Virus record (IMG/VR): IMGVR_UViG_3300021440_000003
Coordinates: 1 to 64,000 of that record
Length of the DNA: 64,000 nucleotides
DNA from: a virus
Direction: 5' to 3' (one strand)
In this document: in pieces, positions 36,136 through 45,915 of the stretch
Position numbering within the stretch: position 1 is the stretch's first letter
Layout of the letters: each line of letters begins with the position of its first letter
The notes under the pieces: model-generated
Seen by the model: only the letters and a program-made list of their open reading frames with translations
The model's database searches: none
Told to the model about the DNA's origin: nothing
Translations under genes and position numbers: made by a program

Positions 36136-39100
36136 TCAGTAGCCTTTGACAGTCAAATCCACGGTCGCGCCGGACACTGCGACGTGGGAAGAATTGTACA
36201 CCTTGACCAGTCTGCTGATCTTGTCAATCTCCACGGTCTCGCCCCCAGACAAGTTGGCTTGCAGGGTGGCCTGAATGTTGACGACTTTGGTGAAATTGCT
36301 GGTCAGCGGGATGGTGGTTCCGCTCGCGCTGATGGGCAAGTCGTTCACTTGCTCCTCGATGTCCGGCGCGTCGATCACGAACGCCATGTAGGTGATCTTG
36401 GGCTGCACAGTTGAGGGTGTCAATGTGACACGGAACTGGTACACATCAGCAGTGGCGGGAATCTGGCCGGGCCAAGGTGCCCATGGTGTGGCATCCGCGT
36501 AGGTTGGGTCATTGTCCGGCCCGTAGAAGCTGCCGGAGTTGGATGAGCCGTAGAAACTGCTGGAGTCCAGTCCGAAGAAAGAGCCTGGCCCAATGATGCG
36601 GTACTCGATCGTGGTGGTGGCCGCACCCTCGGTAGTCAGCAGCAGCGTGGCGTTGCTGCCAGTCAAGATGGTCGGTGGGACATACCCAAGCGTGGTGTAC
36701 ACCAACTCACCCCAAGACGCAGGGTCGTAGAACGGGTAGTTGTCCCCGATAGCGGAGCCGCCGCCAGTGTCGGAGTGGTAGAAGCTGTCGTTGTCCGGCC
36801 CGTAGAAGCTGTCCAGCCCGGTTGCAACAATGTTACCACCAGAGATCGACCCACCGGTTATCGTACCGGGGTAGCCCAAGGCATCCAGGTCGAAGGTCAC
36901 CAGCACGTTGGCCAGAGCAGCGTCTCCGAGGTCGGTGATGATGTACGCTGGATTGACGGACTCGTTTCCGCTGGTGTCCACCGCCTTGATGAGAAGCGTA
37001 ACCGGGCCGGTCGGCAGTGTGGTCATGCTGTATGGCGTCTCGGTCAGGAAACCTGAGTGCATGGGCGTGGCACTGGCCCAGTTGACGTTGTTCCCAACAT
37101 GGAACCGAACTTGGTAGCCACGCAGATCAAGCACGGACACCGGGGTCCAGGCTAGGGTAGTGCCGTAGATGGTCAGTGTTGGTACATCTGGAGGCGGGGA
37201 TGACTTGCCAATGATGGTGTGAGTGAGATATGACCAGTCTCCGCTGATACCTAGGGTAGCATTGAAGACCCGGGCACGAACCGTGTACGCCTCACCGTCC
37301 TGCACACCGGAGAAGTACGTAGAGCCATTCGACATGGCCACCGTAACGGATTCCCACGTATTGGTGACCGTCTTTTTGGCTTGTATTTCGACGAAAGATG
37401 CGCCAAGGTAGCCAGTCTGCTGCCACGATACTTTCAGGCGAGACACAATGTCGCCCGACCCAAGCACCAGCAGCACATCCTCCCCAGACTCCGCAGCCAG
37501 ACCTTGCACCAAAGGGATGGAGAACGGGTCTGGCAAGTCGGTGTTGGGTGTCTCATCCTCAACAACAGCGTCTGATTGGTCCCAGATGGTGGGGTCGTCC
37601 TCTTTCAAGGCCAGCTTGATGGGTTCCCCCACCTTGTACGACTTGTCCAGCACCCTGAACACCTTGTTGGTCATGCCGAACAAAGGCAAGGTCAAGGTCA
37701 GGCGGTCGCCGGGGCGCAAGCGCCAGGCCGCGTAGGAGAAGTCAGCCGTGATGGACAGAGCGTTACGCGTGTCCTCCATGTGGATGCGAGCCAAGTCGTG
37801 TACACCCTGCACGTTGTTCGTGTAGGGGTAGTCCACGTCGATTACAAGTTCTTCCCCGTCGGACGCCCGGTATTTGGCGTTGGTGTACGGGGTGTAGTCT
37901 GTAGGGACGTATTGGTTGGCCGGGCTGGAGTAACGGCCGCGAACCAAGTTGTACACGTCCACCAAACCAGGACCGGCATTGACGGCCAAGGACCCAACAA
38001 CAGCATCTTGTTGTAAAGCTACAACAGGTGCGCGGTACTTGCCAGCGTAGACGCTCCAAGTGGTGGCGTCCAGAGTGCCAGCCATCGAATCTGCCATCAG
38101 CTCAAGGATCTTTTTCGGAGCCTCGCCCGCCGTCACCACACCGTTGAAGGTGTAGCGCTTGCGTGTGGGTGTGCCTACCATGTCGTCGCAGTCATTGGCA
38201 GCGGCCGAGTAGTCGCTCATGGGAATGGACACGTCCGGCACGCCGATGTACGGGCCGCGCAGGTAGTCCAGCATCACCAGAGCAGGGTTGTCGCTCCACG
38301 CCGTGACGCCTGTGCGGGGGTCGTACAGCTTCTTGCCGGAGATCAACGCCTTGACGGAGGGAACTCCGTTCTGGAACTCGGGCTGGGTCAGGTTCAGGGT
38401 GATGACCAAGTAAGCGTGCCCGGGCAAGGTGTGGTCGGCCGTCCATTTGGCTGGAAGGATGTTTTGTAGGTACGAATCCGCAGGCTCCCCCGGGGTGCCA
38501 AGGTGCTTCTGGATGTTGAGCTTGGAGTTAGACGTAGACCCACTAGAACCATTCAAGCTACCAATGTAGTTATAGCTGATGGTATAAGTATCAATAATAC
38601 GATAGACGCTTGGGCTAATAGTGACTAAAGTACCTGAAATGGTAAAATCTACAGGTACTGTATATCCATCTTCGTTCCTACGTACCGATACTGAGCCCGG
38701 AACGTAATTACTTGGCAGTGTCCAAGTGTCTACTTGGTACATATTCTCAGAGATAGACTCGTTAGTACCATTGTAGTACACACCGTTGTACACCCAACCA
38801 TCATTATTGAGATCACCAACGAGCTTATCAGCTATGTAGATCTCATGGTAAGCAGTGATTTCATGGGCGGCCATTTCCACCACGAGGTGCTTGAACTCGT
38901 CGTTGTCCCCGCTGCTGAAGATGGCCACCACGTTACCGCCTACCATGTCCTTACCGTAAATGGTGCGGTAGTACTGCTCCGTGGTCACATTGGTGACCGT
39001 ACGGTCTTGCAGGGATGCAAGGGCTGCGGCCTGCGCGGCGGAGGCGCGGGCAGCCAAAGCAGCCTTGGCTTTCTTCTGTTGAGCATTACCGAATAGAGTC

Positions 39101-39249
39101 GCCCCGATCATAAAAGCGATCCGGCCGTAGGTCACACCCAGCACAGCCACAGTGGAGAAGAAGCTGGTAATCGAGGAAACTACCGCCGCTTCAACGGCGA
39201 AAGCCGAACCCGGCAGCAGGGCCAGCAGGAGCAATAGAACCGCCTTCAA
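36136..39249 (-). CDS. Tail tip / central fibre protein (J-like) with FN3-like domains
   Basis: GKKLYDPR, WSDNPAL, FNG motifs; probable TTG start at 39249. Confidence 0.85.
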   Translation of the reverse strand: MKAVLLLLLALLPGSAFAVEAAVVSSITSFFSTVAVLGVTYGRIAFMIGATLFGNAQQKKAKAALAARASAAQAAALASLQDRTVTNVTTEQYYRTIYGKDMVGGNVVAIFSSGDNDEFKHLVVEMAAHEITAYHEIYIADKLVGDLNNDGWVYNGVYYNGTNESISENMYQVDTWTLPSNYVPGSVSVRRNEDGYTVPVDFTISGTLVTISPSVYRIIDTYTISYNYIGSLNGSSGSTSNSKLNIQKHLGTPGEPADSYLQNILPAKWTADHTLPGHAYLVITLNLTQPEFQNGVPSVKALISGKKLYDPRTGVTAWSDNPALVMLDYLRGPYIGVPDVSIPMSDYSAAANDCDDMVGTPTRKRYTFNGVVTAGEAPKKILELMADSMAGTLDATTWSVYAGKYRAPVVALQQDAVVGSLAVNAGPGLVDVYNLVRGRYSSPANQYVPTDYTPYTNAKYRASDGEELVIDVDYPYTNNVQGVHDLARIHMEDTRNALSITADFSYAAWRLRPGDRLTLTLPLFGMTNKVFRVLDKSYKVGEPIKLALKEDDPTIWDQSDAVVEDETPNTDLPDPFSIPLVQGLAAESGEDVLLVLGSGDIVSRLKVSWQQTGYLGASFVEIQAKKTVTNTWESVTVAMSNGSTYFSGVQDGEAYTVRARVFNATLGISGDWSYLTHTIIGKSSPPPDVPTLTIYGTTLAWTPVSVLDLRGYQVRFHVGNNVNWASATPMHSGFLTETPYSMTTLPTGPVTLLIKAVDTSGNESVNPAYIITDLGDAALANVLVTFDLDALGYPGTITGGSISGGNIVATGLDSFYGPDNDSFYHSDTGGGSAIGDNYPFYDPASWGELVYTTLGYVPPTILTGSNATLLLTTEGAATTTIEYRIIGPGSFFGLDSSSFYGSSNSGSFYGPDNDPTYADATPWAPWPGQIPATADVYQFRVTLTPSTVQPKITYMAFVIDAPDIEEQVNDLPISASGTTIPLTSNFTKVVNIQATLQANLSGGETVEIDKISRLVKVYNSSHVAVSGATVDLTVKGY

Positions 39250-39620
39250 TTGAGGCTCCAGAACGCCGCAGCAGCAGATTGTGGGTAGAACTGGAATCCA
39301 GAAGGTATGGAAACACCAATCACGTAGGGGCCAGAGACGATACACATACCCCCAAGTGTACTGGGAAGCAAGGCCAGGTCTCCGTCTTTAGGTGACGTAC
39401 GCAGCTTGGGGCCAAGTCGGGCAGACACCCCAGACTCCAGACCGCCAACGGATGAGATCACCCGCATGGCGGCTACCTTGTTGTCCCACGTGGGCAAGTC
39501 TGATAGAACGTGCCTGCCAGTGCAGTACGCTACCCACTCCGATGCGAACATCACGCAGTCGTGCACACCCCACTCGAACGGGGTGTAGAGCTTGCTCATG
39601 AGGTACTGGTCCAGCTTCAT
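39246..39620 (-). CDS. NlpC/P60-like tail tip protein
   Basis: PFEWGVHDCVMFA, PKDGDL. Confidence 0.8.
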   Translation of the reverse strand: MKLDQYLMSKLYTPFEWGVHDCVMFASEWVAYCTGRHVLSDLPTWDNKVAAMRVISSVGGLESGVSARLGPKLRTSPKDGDLALLPSTLGGMCIVSGPYVIGVSIPSGFQFYPQSAAAAFWSLN

Positions 39621-40204
39621 CACAACCCCGATTTCTGGAATTTCTTGGAAAGCCACAGCTGGGGGTTGGCAAGCAGATCAGCCTGATACACCATACCCAA
39701 GCTGCCTGGGCTCAGGCTCTGGTGGGTGATGTTGTTCAGGCGCAGGTTGCGCGGGCGCTGCAACCGGTCGGCCGCAGGCTTGCAACGGACCGTCACCGAC
39801 CCACCGCCGTCCTTGCCCACGTCCACCACCATCTGGTCAAGGGTACCGTTCCAGCACATGACCGGCACATCGACCAGCACGCCATCTGCCAAGGGGCAGA
39901 TGTACAGACGGGCGCTCTTGCCCCTGTAATCCGTAGCCGGAACCAAGGTCATGGCCAAGATTGTGGGGTCCGCTATGTTGAGCGTCAAATCAATCGGGGA
40001 CGACTCCAGCTTCACCATCTCCTTGACATCGTTGATGGCGCTCAACGTACCGGCCCCGATCCACGTGTTACTGCCCCATACCAGGTTCTGGTTCCAGGTG
40101 GTGAATCTGATGGTAGCCGCCCGGAACTCCAGCTCGGCGAAGAAGGCGACACTGATGTACTGGGCGGACAGCGCATTTTGCTGCGCCGTGGTGAGCGTGA
40201 ACAC
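39620..40204 (-). CDS. Minor tail protein
   Basis: Position between distal tail and NlpC genes; W.G.TW.G.G motif. Confidence 0.7.
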   Translation of the reverse strand: MFTLTTAQQNALSAQYISVAFFAELEFRAATIRFTTWNQNLVWGSNTWIGAGTLSAINDVKEMVKLESSPIDLTLNIADPTILAMTLVPATDYRGKSARLYICPLADGVLVDVPVMCWNGTLDQMVVDVGKDGGGSVTVRCKPAADRLQRPRNLRLNNITHQSLSPGSLGMVYQADLLANPQLWLSKKFQKSGL

Positions 40205-40205
40205 G

Positions 40206-40820
40206 TCAGATTCTCCAGTCTTCGAGCAGGTCGAGCGACGCGCCGCTCACCACCACTGTGGAGTAGTCCCACCCGACCTCTGGCTGCTGCTGCCGAAACA
40301 AGGCGGTGGGCTTGTCCCACACTACAGCGTCGTTCGTGGCCCTTGCAGTACGGTTGGCGGGGGCAAAGCTCACGGTAGCCGTTCCGGTGCCCGACAGGGT
40401 GACGTCGGAAGTGACCATCACTACTTGGCGGTCATACCCGGAGCCAAGTCCAAGATAATCCCCGGCCTTGAGGGTCGTGTTGGCCTGCCCAGCCCCTGCA
40501 GTGATGGCCATGCTGGAGACCCCCGCAGCAAGTGAGCTGGATAGGGTGGGGCTTCCGCGCATGGTCCCTATGGGGGCTGGGCGACCGACGTTGTGCAGGG
40601 CGAGATGGTTACGGTTTCCCTCAAGCTGCATCAGCAAGGCTTGGTACGGTCCAGACTCGGCACTCGTCAACTGGTCGAACGTGACAGCGACCTTCCACAG
40701 CGGGTATCCGCCGTTGATGCCCTGCACGCCGAAGATGCTTCGGTGCACCACGTCTTGGGACATGCGAGACCAGCGCATGTCACTCACTCGTAGGGTGGAA
40801 GGGAAGCTCAGAATGGTCAT
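40206..40820 (-). CDS. Distal tail protein-like
   Basis: Immediately downstream of the tape measure gene. Confidence 0.65.
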   Translation of the reverse strand: MTILSFPSTLRVSDMRWSRMSQDVVHRSIFGVQGINGGYPLWKVAVTFDQLTSAESGPYQALLMQLEGNRNHLALHNVGRPAPIGTMRGSPTLSSSLAAGVSSMAITAGAGQANTTLKAGDYLGLGSGYDRQVVMVTSDVTLSGTGTATVSFAPANRTARATNDAVVWDKPTALFRQQQPEVGWDYSTVVVSGASLDLLEDWRI

Positions 40821-43800
40821 CGTTGCAAGGCTCCAGATTGTTCAAGTTGGTCCACCAAGCGGGCGTTGCCTGCCTGGACAGCTTGCCCGACCAGCGCCCG
40901 GATCTGGCCTTGGTCGGACCGGCTGTCAATGTTGACCACCAGATTCTGTGAGATGGTAACACCACCCATGCCGCCCAGCTTCTCAGCCGGTGTGATTACA
41001 CCCGAATTTGCACCAGTCATCAGGTAGTCTCGGCCACCCATGGAGAGCAACTCGGTACCACGCTCGTTCACTTCATAGACCGAGCGCGGGTTGACTGAGC
41101 CTCCAGATGCGAAGCCAGCCAGTGCCATCACCTCTGCGGATGCTCCGGAGTCGGACGTTACACCTCCACCAAACAAACCGGAGAACAGACCGCCAATATC
41201 GCCCTTGGCCAGAGACCCGCCAAGGGAGGACATGATGCCCCCGCCGACGCCGCCAAGCAGGTTGTCCATCATGCCCTTGACGATCACAGTGAGTGGGCGC
41301 TCCAGCAAGGCTTCTTGCAGGTAGTTGCGCAGCTTCTGGCCACCTTCCTTGCCGCCCTTGAGCAAGCTGGTGGTGATCGAGCTGGTCAACGCTGCGCTGG
41401 TGTCGGCGGTGAACTGCTTGATGTCGTTTTCGCGTTGGGTCTTCATCGCATTGACCTTGGCCATCTCGGCCCCGACCTCTCGGCGCTGGATAAGAGCCTG
41501 CTTGTTGGCTTCCGCCTTGATGCGATTGTCCACCGCGTCTTCCCACGACGTGCGGTTGCTGGCTGTCTCACTTTCGGCCAGTAGATTGCTCCACATGCGC
41601 TCGTTGTTCTGCGCCTCGGTCACCACTTTGTTGTAGCCTACCAGCTCGTCAGCGTACTTCTTCAGGTACTCGATCTTGGCCTTCGCCCCAGCAGCTTCGA
41701 CGTCAGTCATTCCAGCGGTGAACACCGTGGGCAGGGCATTCTCGGCAAGCTGCGCATCGTGCTTGTCCATGGCCAGCACAATCTTGTTGTACTCGCCTGT
41801 CGTGGCCTCCCGGTAACGCTTGAGGTCTTCGTAGCGGGCCAGTCGGGCACGCTCGTCTTCGGTACGGGCAGCGTCGCGCAGCGCCTTGCCCTGCGAGTTG
41901 TAGATGGCTTCCTTGGCAGCGGCCAGATCCTTGACCTTCATCTTGCCCAAGGCTTCCAGCTCTTTGGCAGTACCTTGGTTGATGGTGGCCACCTTCTCGT
42001 TGTACTCATCCTCGATGGACTTGACACTGGCAGCCACCGCCTCTGCGTGCGTGCGCAGACCGGCCTTTTCTTCAGCGTCGATCAAGCGGCGCTGGGACGC
42101 GTACGAGCTGGAGATTTCCTGCAAAGCGGAGGACAAGTCCTTCTTGGCGTACCCGAGGTACGGTGCTCCGGTGATGTTGTCTTTCAGAGACAGGTTACCA
42201 AATTGGTTCTTGGGTGCATTGAGTGCTTGGTTGTACTTAGTAGCCTCCGCCACCTCCTTAGACGCCAGCTTGTGCCCGGCGATCTGGAGATCAAGTTTCT
42301 TCTCAAGATCAATCAAGTCCGCGATCTGTGCGTCCAGGTCGGCCTTGCCCTGTACTCGGTTGTACCCGGTGCTGGCACTGAACGGTTCATTACCGGTAGA
42401 TGGCAGGTCCATGCGGTCGCGCTTGGCTTGCAGGGCTTCTCTGGACGACTTTGCGTCAGACTTCGCCTTACCGATGTCGCGCTCGCGCAACAAGTCCTCA
42501 AGGGAAATGTTGCGGCGCAGGGCTTCCGACTTGTCGTTGAGCGCCTTGGTCTCTTTCTCAAGCCGGTCGATCATCGCCTTGGCGGTGTTCTCAGCCAGGT
42601 TACTCTGCGCCGACTCCAGGGCCTTGCCACTGAACAAGTCGTACAGCTGCCATGCGGTGATGGCCAAGCCGATCACGGGCAGGAACCTGGAAATCCATGC
42701 GATTGTGGAAGCGACCCCGGTGGCGGCCGTCGTCATGGCAGAAGCGAACGCGGAGGTACCAGTGGCGGCCGTGGTCATGGCTGCGCCGACCGTGGTGACC
42801 TGCTGCGCCATGTTCATTTTGGACATGGCCGTCATGTCCACAGCCGTCTTCAACCCCAACATGGCAGAGGTAGAGGTCTGGATTCCCATGGCAAGTTGTG
42901 TGAACTGGCTTCCGGCGAACATGCTCAACTTGAGAGCCACCCAGCCCGCACCGACGACAGCCAGCACGTCAGCCCACTTCACCAGGAACACGATGGTTTC
43001 ACCGATGCCCACGATGAGCTTCTGAAGGCCAGACTGCATCTCCGACGACTGGAACATCTCGCGCAGTCGGGTGGACACGTCCAGGATGTAGGGCTGGGCC
43101 GAGGTGAAGGCTTCGACCAAGGCAGCCTGCCACGAGCTGGTCACCGACATCATCTGGTTCTTGCTCGTCAAGGCCAGCTCGGCAGCTGCTTGTGCCATGA
43201 AACCGAAGTGGTCCTCAATCTCGGCACGCATCTCCTGCGCCCGGGTCATGCCGCCGTACTTCTTCTGATCCTCGGCTGGCTTGGCCAGCGCATCAGATGC
43301 CTCCACGATCAGCTTACCACCACGCTCGCTGGTCAAGGTGTGGCGCAAGCGTTGGCGCTCCTGCGCGTCTCCGATCTTGTTGATGGCGACCGTGTACTCC
43401 TCGGCCAAGGTCAGCAAGTCCTTGAACTTCTTGGTGTTCTCGTCCAGGGCGCTGAACTTCAGCTTGTCCATGGCGTCTTGGGCAGACTTAGACCTACCAG
43501 ACATATCCACATACATATTGCGCAGCGCCGTACCAGCGCTGGAGCCGCCAATGTTCAAGTTGTTGAGCATGGCCACACCGAGGGCCACGTCCTCCAGGCT
43601 GACGCCATATTCCTTGTGCACCACCGAGGCGGTTTTCATGGCTTCGGTGATCGACTCGACAGAGGCTTTGGAGGTGGCCGCTGTCTTGGCGATCACATCC
43701 CCCACGTAGGAGAAGCTGCGGGCGTCCAAGTTGAAGGCCGTGGCAATACCCGTCAGCGCCTCGGCGGCTTTCTTGGAGTCCACGTCACCGGCCACCGATA

Positions 43801-45028
43801 GATTCAGCACGTCACGGATGGCATAGCTGGCGTCGGTGGCATTCTGCCCGGCCAAAGCCAACGTCTTCATGCCCTCGGCAATCGCTTGGGGGCCGATGGG
43901 GCCAGACCGGGCCATCTCCAGCATCTGAGACGTCAGGGCGGCTGTATCGGCTGTGGTGTACTGCGCCAGCACGCGCATGGTTTCCAGCGTGTGATTGACC
44001 TCGGAACCCTGCTTGATCGTCTGCACAAAGGCGTTGCTGATCGCCGCGCCAGCGAGCAAGGGACCCATGCGGCCCCACGTCAGCCAGAGCAAGTCGAATC
44101 CGCTGGCCAAGCCCCGGGCGGCGGAGCGCGCGTCGTTGGCGTGCAACGCGAAACTTTGCAGGTTCGTGTTCGTCAGCTGCGTCAAGGGGGCCATCTTGGC
44201 CTTCTTGGCAGACAGCGACTCCACCTGAGCGCTCAAGTTGGACAAGGAGCCAGTCGCCTGTGCGGCAGCCACGGCACTCTGGCCAAAACTTTGGGTCAGG
44301 GCGTCCGCCGATTGGCCGGAGTCGAGCCCGCGTAGGACTCGGCCCTGTACTCGGTACTGAGCACGGGGGTCCATCTGTGCGTATCGGTCGTCCAGCGACA
44401 GTCTCAACCGTTGCGACATGGTTGTGTAGCTGCCGGACGCAGCATCCGTTGCCGCCTTAACTTGGGCCTGGATACCGACGAACCGTGAGGTCTCAGCGTT
44501 CAGCGCCGCTTGATTGGCTACCTGGATCTCACCTTGGGTAGCCCGCATACGCATGTTTGCCAACCACTTGTCGGCATTTTCACGGGTATCTGCGTCTCCC
44601 AGCATCTGGGTCGTGCCCACCTTGGTCTTCAAGCGGAGCAACCACTTGTCTGCACCCTTGCTTGAGCCTTCATCGAACCCATCCCCGAACGCCTTGCCAG
44701 CATCCGCCCCCGCCTTGGCCGCAGGCGTACGCACATTGCCAAGCGAATTGGCGATCTGGTTGGAAATCTGTGTGCCCATCTGGCCAAAGGTCACCACAAA
44801 GGTGCTGGCCAAGGCTTCGATGCTGCGCGTCATTCCGGCTACGCCGGACGACATATTGTTCATTGCAGTCGCCATCTGCATGATGGCTTCGCGGGACTCT
44901 GTAACCGCCGTGCGCGTAGCACCCTGCGATTTGGTCATGCGGTTGCTGTTGGTCGTTATCTTGTCGATAGCATCCGCAATACGCTCTAAAGCTACAGCAT
45001 TTTGCGTGATCTCAACAGAGGTTGTCAT
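40817..45028 (-). CDS. Tail tape measure protein (TP901-type core)
   Basis: ~1400 aa Ala-rich helical protein; GSSAGTALRN; C-terminal FASGG..VNERGTEL. Confidence 0.9.
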   Translation of the reverse strand: MTTSVEITQNAVALERIADAIDKITTNSNRMTKSQGATRTAVTESREAIMQMATAMNNMSSGVAGMTRSIEALASTFVVTFGQMGTQISNQIANSLGNVRTPAAKAGADAGKAFGDGFDEGSSKGADKWLLRLKTKVGTTQMLGDADTRENADKWLANMRMRATQGEIQVANQAALNAETSRFVGIQAQVKAATDAASGSYTTMSQRLRLSLDDRYAQMDPRAQYRVQGRVLRGLDSGQSADALTQSFGQSAVAAAQATGSLSNLSAQVESLSAKKAKMAPLTQLTNTNLQSFALHANDARSAARGLASGFDLLWLTWGRMGPLLAGAAISNAFVQTIKQGSEVNHTLETMRVLAQYTTADTAALTSQMLEMARSGPIGPQAIAEGMKTLALAGQNATDASYAIRDVLNLSVAGDVDSKKAAEALTGIATAFNLDARSFSYVGDVIAKTAATSKASVESITEAMKTASVVHKEYGVSLEDVALGVAMLNNLNIGGSSAGTALRNMYVDMSGRSKSAQDAMDKLKFSALDENTKKFKDLLTLAEEYTVAINKIGDAQERQRLRHTLTSERGGKLIVEASDALAKPAEDQKKYGGMTRAQEMRAEIEDHFGFMAQAAAELALTSKNQMMSVTSSWQAALVEAFTSAQPYILDVSTRLREMFQSSEMQSGLQKLIVGIGETIVFLVKWADVLAVVGAGWVALKLSMFAGSQFTQLAMGIQTSTSAMLGLKTAVDMTAMSKMNMAQQVTTVGAAMTTAATGTSAFASAMTTAATGVASTIAWISRFLPVIGLAITAWQLYDLFSGKALESAQSNLAENTAKAMIDRLEKETKALNDKSEALRRNISLEDLLRERDIGKAKSDAKSSREALQAKRDRMDLPSTGNEPFSASTGYNRVQGKADLDAQIADLIDLEKKLDLQIAGHKLASKEVAEATKYNQALNAPKNQFGNLSLKDNITGAPYLGYAKKDLSSALQEISSSYASQRRLIDAEEKAGLRTHAEAVAASVKSIEDEYNEKVATINQGTAKELEALGKMKVKDLAAAKEAIYNSQGKALRDAARTEDERARLARYEDLKRYREATTGEYNKIVLAMDKHDAQLAENALPTVFTAGMTDVEAAGAKAKIEYLKKYADELVGYNKVVTEAQNNERMWSNLLAESETASNRTSWEDAVDNRIKAEANKQALIQRREVGAEMAKVNAMKTQRENDIKQFTADTSAALTSSITTSLLKGGKEGGQKLRNYLQEALLERPLTVIVKGMMDNLLGGVGGGIMSSLGGSLAKGDIGGLFSGLFGGGVTSDSGASAEVMALAGFASGGSVNPRSVYEVNERGTELLSMGGRDYLMTGANSGVITPAEKLGGMGGVTISQNLVVNIDSRSDQGQIRALVGQAVQAGNARLVDQLEQSGALQR

Positions 45029-45067
45029 GGCATGAAAATGGCGGGTTATAGGCCCCGCCATTTTAGC

Positions 45068-45421
45068 TCAGGAAGTAGCTTTCGCTGCTGCCGCCCGCTT
45101 GGCATACTGCACGTCAAGCCATATTCGGTCGAACATGAAGACGTATTCACGCAGTTCTTCGCTGTCTGTCACCGACAACTGGTGCAGTTGGCAGTGGGCA
45201 AGCAGCTCAGACACGGGTATTGGAAGCGGCTGGCCCTCTGTGTACGCCCGGCTACGGGCCAGCTCTTGGTACTGGTCGTAGTAGTAAGCAAGGTGGGGCT
45301 CCAGAGTAGGTGCAGTCAGCAGAGCTTTTGGGACAATCCCCATCTCCTCTGCTGTCTTCTGCAAGAACTCCATCTGGTCGCCCCACTCAGCGAGCCACTC
45401 GAACAGCTCCCTTACTTTTTT
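45068..45421 (-). CDS. Tail assembly chaperone, -1 frameshift extension (gpGT-like)
   Basis: Open -1 frame from slippery AAAAAAG (45421-45415): KVRELFEWLAEWGDQMEFLQ... Confidence 0.75.
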   Translation of the reverse strand, partial: KKVRELFEWLAEWGDQMEFLQKTAEEMGIVPKALLTAPTLEPHLAYYYDQYQELARSRAYTEGQPLPIPVSELLAHCQLHQLSVTDSEELREYVFMFDRIWLDVQYAKRAAAAKATS

Positions 45422-45816
45422 GCGTCGGCCTCGTCCTGCTCGGTTTTGAAGTTGGCCATCTCAGATGCTTGGACGTGGACCCATTCCCGGAAGTCCTTGA
45501 CGCCAAGCAGCAGCTTGGCGTTGGCCTTGCTGTACTCCAGCTTCTCGCCTTTGAAGGTCATGTCACCGCGCCAGCCAAGCAGGATGGTTTCGGCGTATGT
45601 GTCAACAGTGATTTCATCAGACTTCTGCTCGGCCGCATCCGATTTGGTCTCGATCACGCGCTTGTGCAGCTTGTACTGCTGGGCAAACATCTTGGCGAAT
45701 TTCTTGTTGCCGAAGCGGGCAATCAAGAACTCAACGTCGCCAGCATAGGGGACCCATGTGCCGGATTCTTCAGCAGCGGTGTCAGTTGCAAAGTCAGAAA
45801 AGATGTCGATGGACAT
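45412..45816 (-). CDS. Tail assembly chaperone (gpG-like)
   Basis: Between tail tube and tape measure genes; ends GCA AAA AAG TAA. Confidence 0.8.
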   Translation of the reverse strand: MSIDIFSDFATDTAAEESGTWVPYAGDVEFLIARFGNKKFAKMFAQQYKLHKRVIETKSDAAEQKSDEITVDTYAETILLGWRGDMTFKGEKLEYSKANAKLLLGVKDFREWVHVQASEMANFKTEQDEADAKK

Positions 45817-45856
45817 TGAATGTTCTCCAGGGTTAAAGACCCTCGAATTTTAGAGC

Positions 45857-45882
45857 AAAAAACACGGGCGCAAGCGCCCGTG
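45857..45882 (-). terminator. Rho-independent terminator after the major tail gene
   Basis: CACGGGCGC/GCGCCCGTG stem followed by T6 on the minus strand. Confidence 0.75.
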
Positions 45883-45915
45883 AATGGTCATGTGAATGAC
45901 CCCCCAGAGAACTCT

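Noticed and set aside
41759-43801. Long antisense ORFs (680 aa here; also 23002-24438, 57079-58566, 60082-61476)
   Set aside because: Shadow frames of GC-rich genes on the opposite strand, with no motifs
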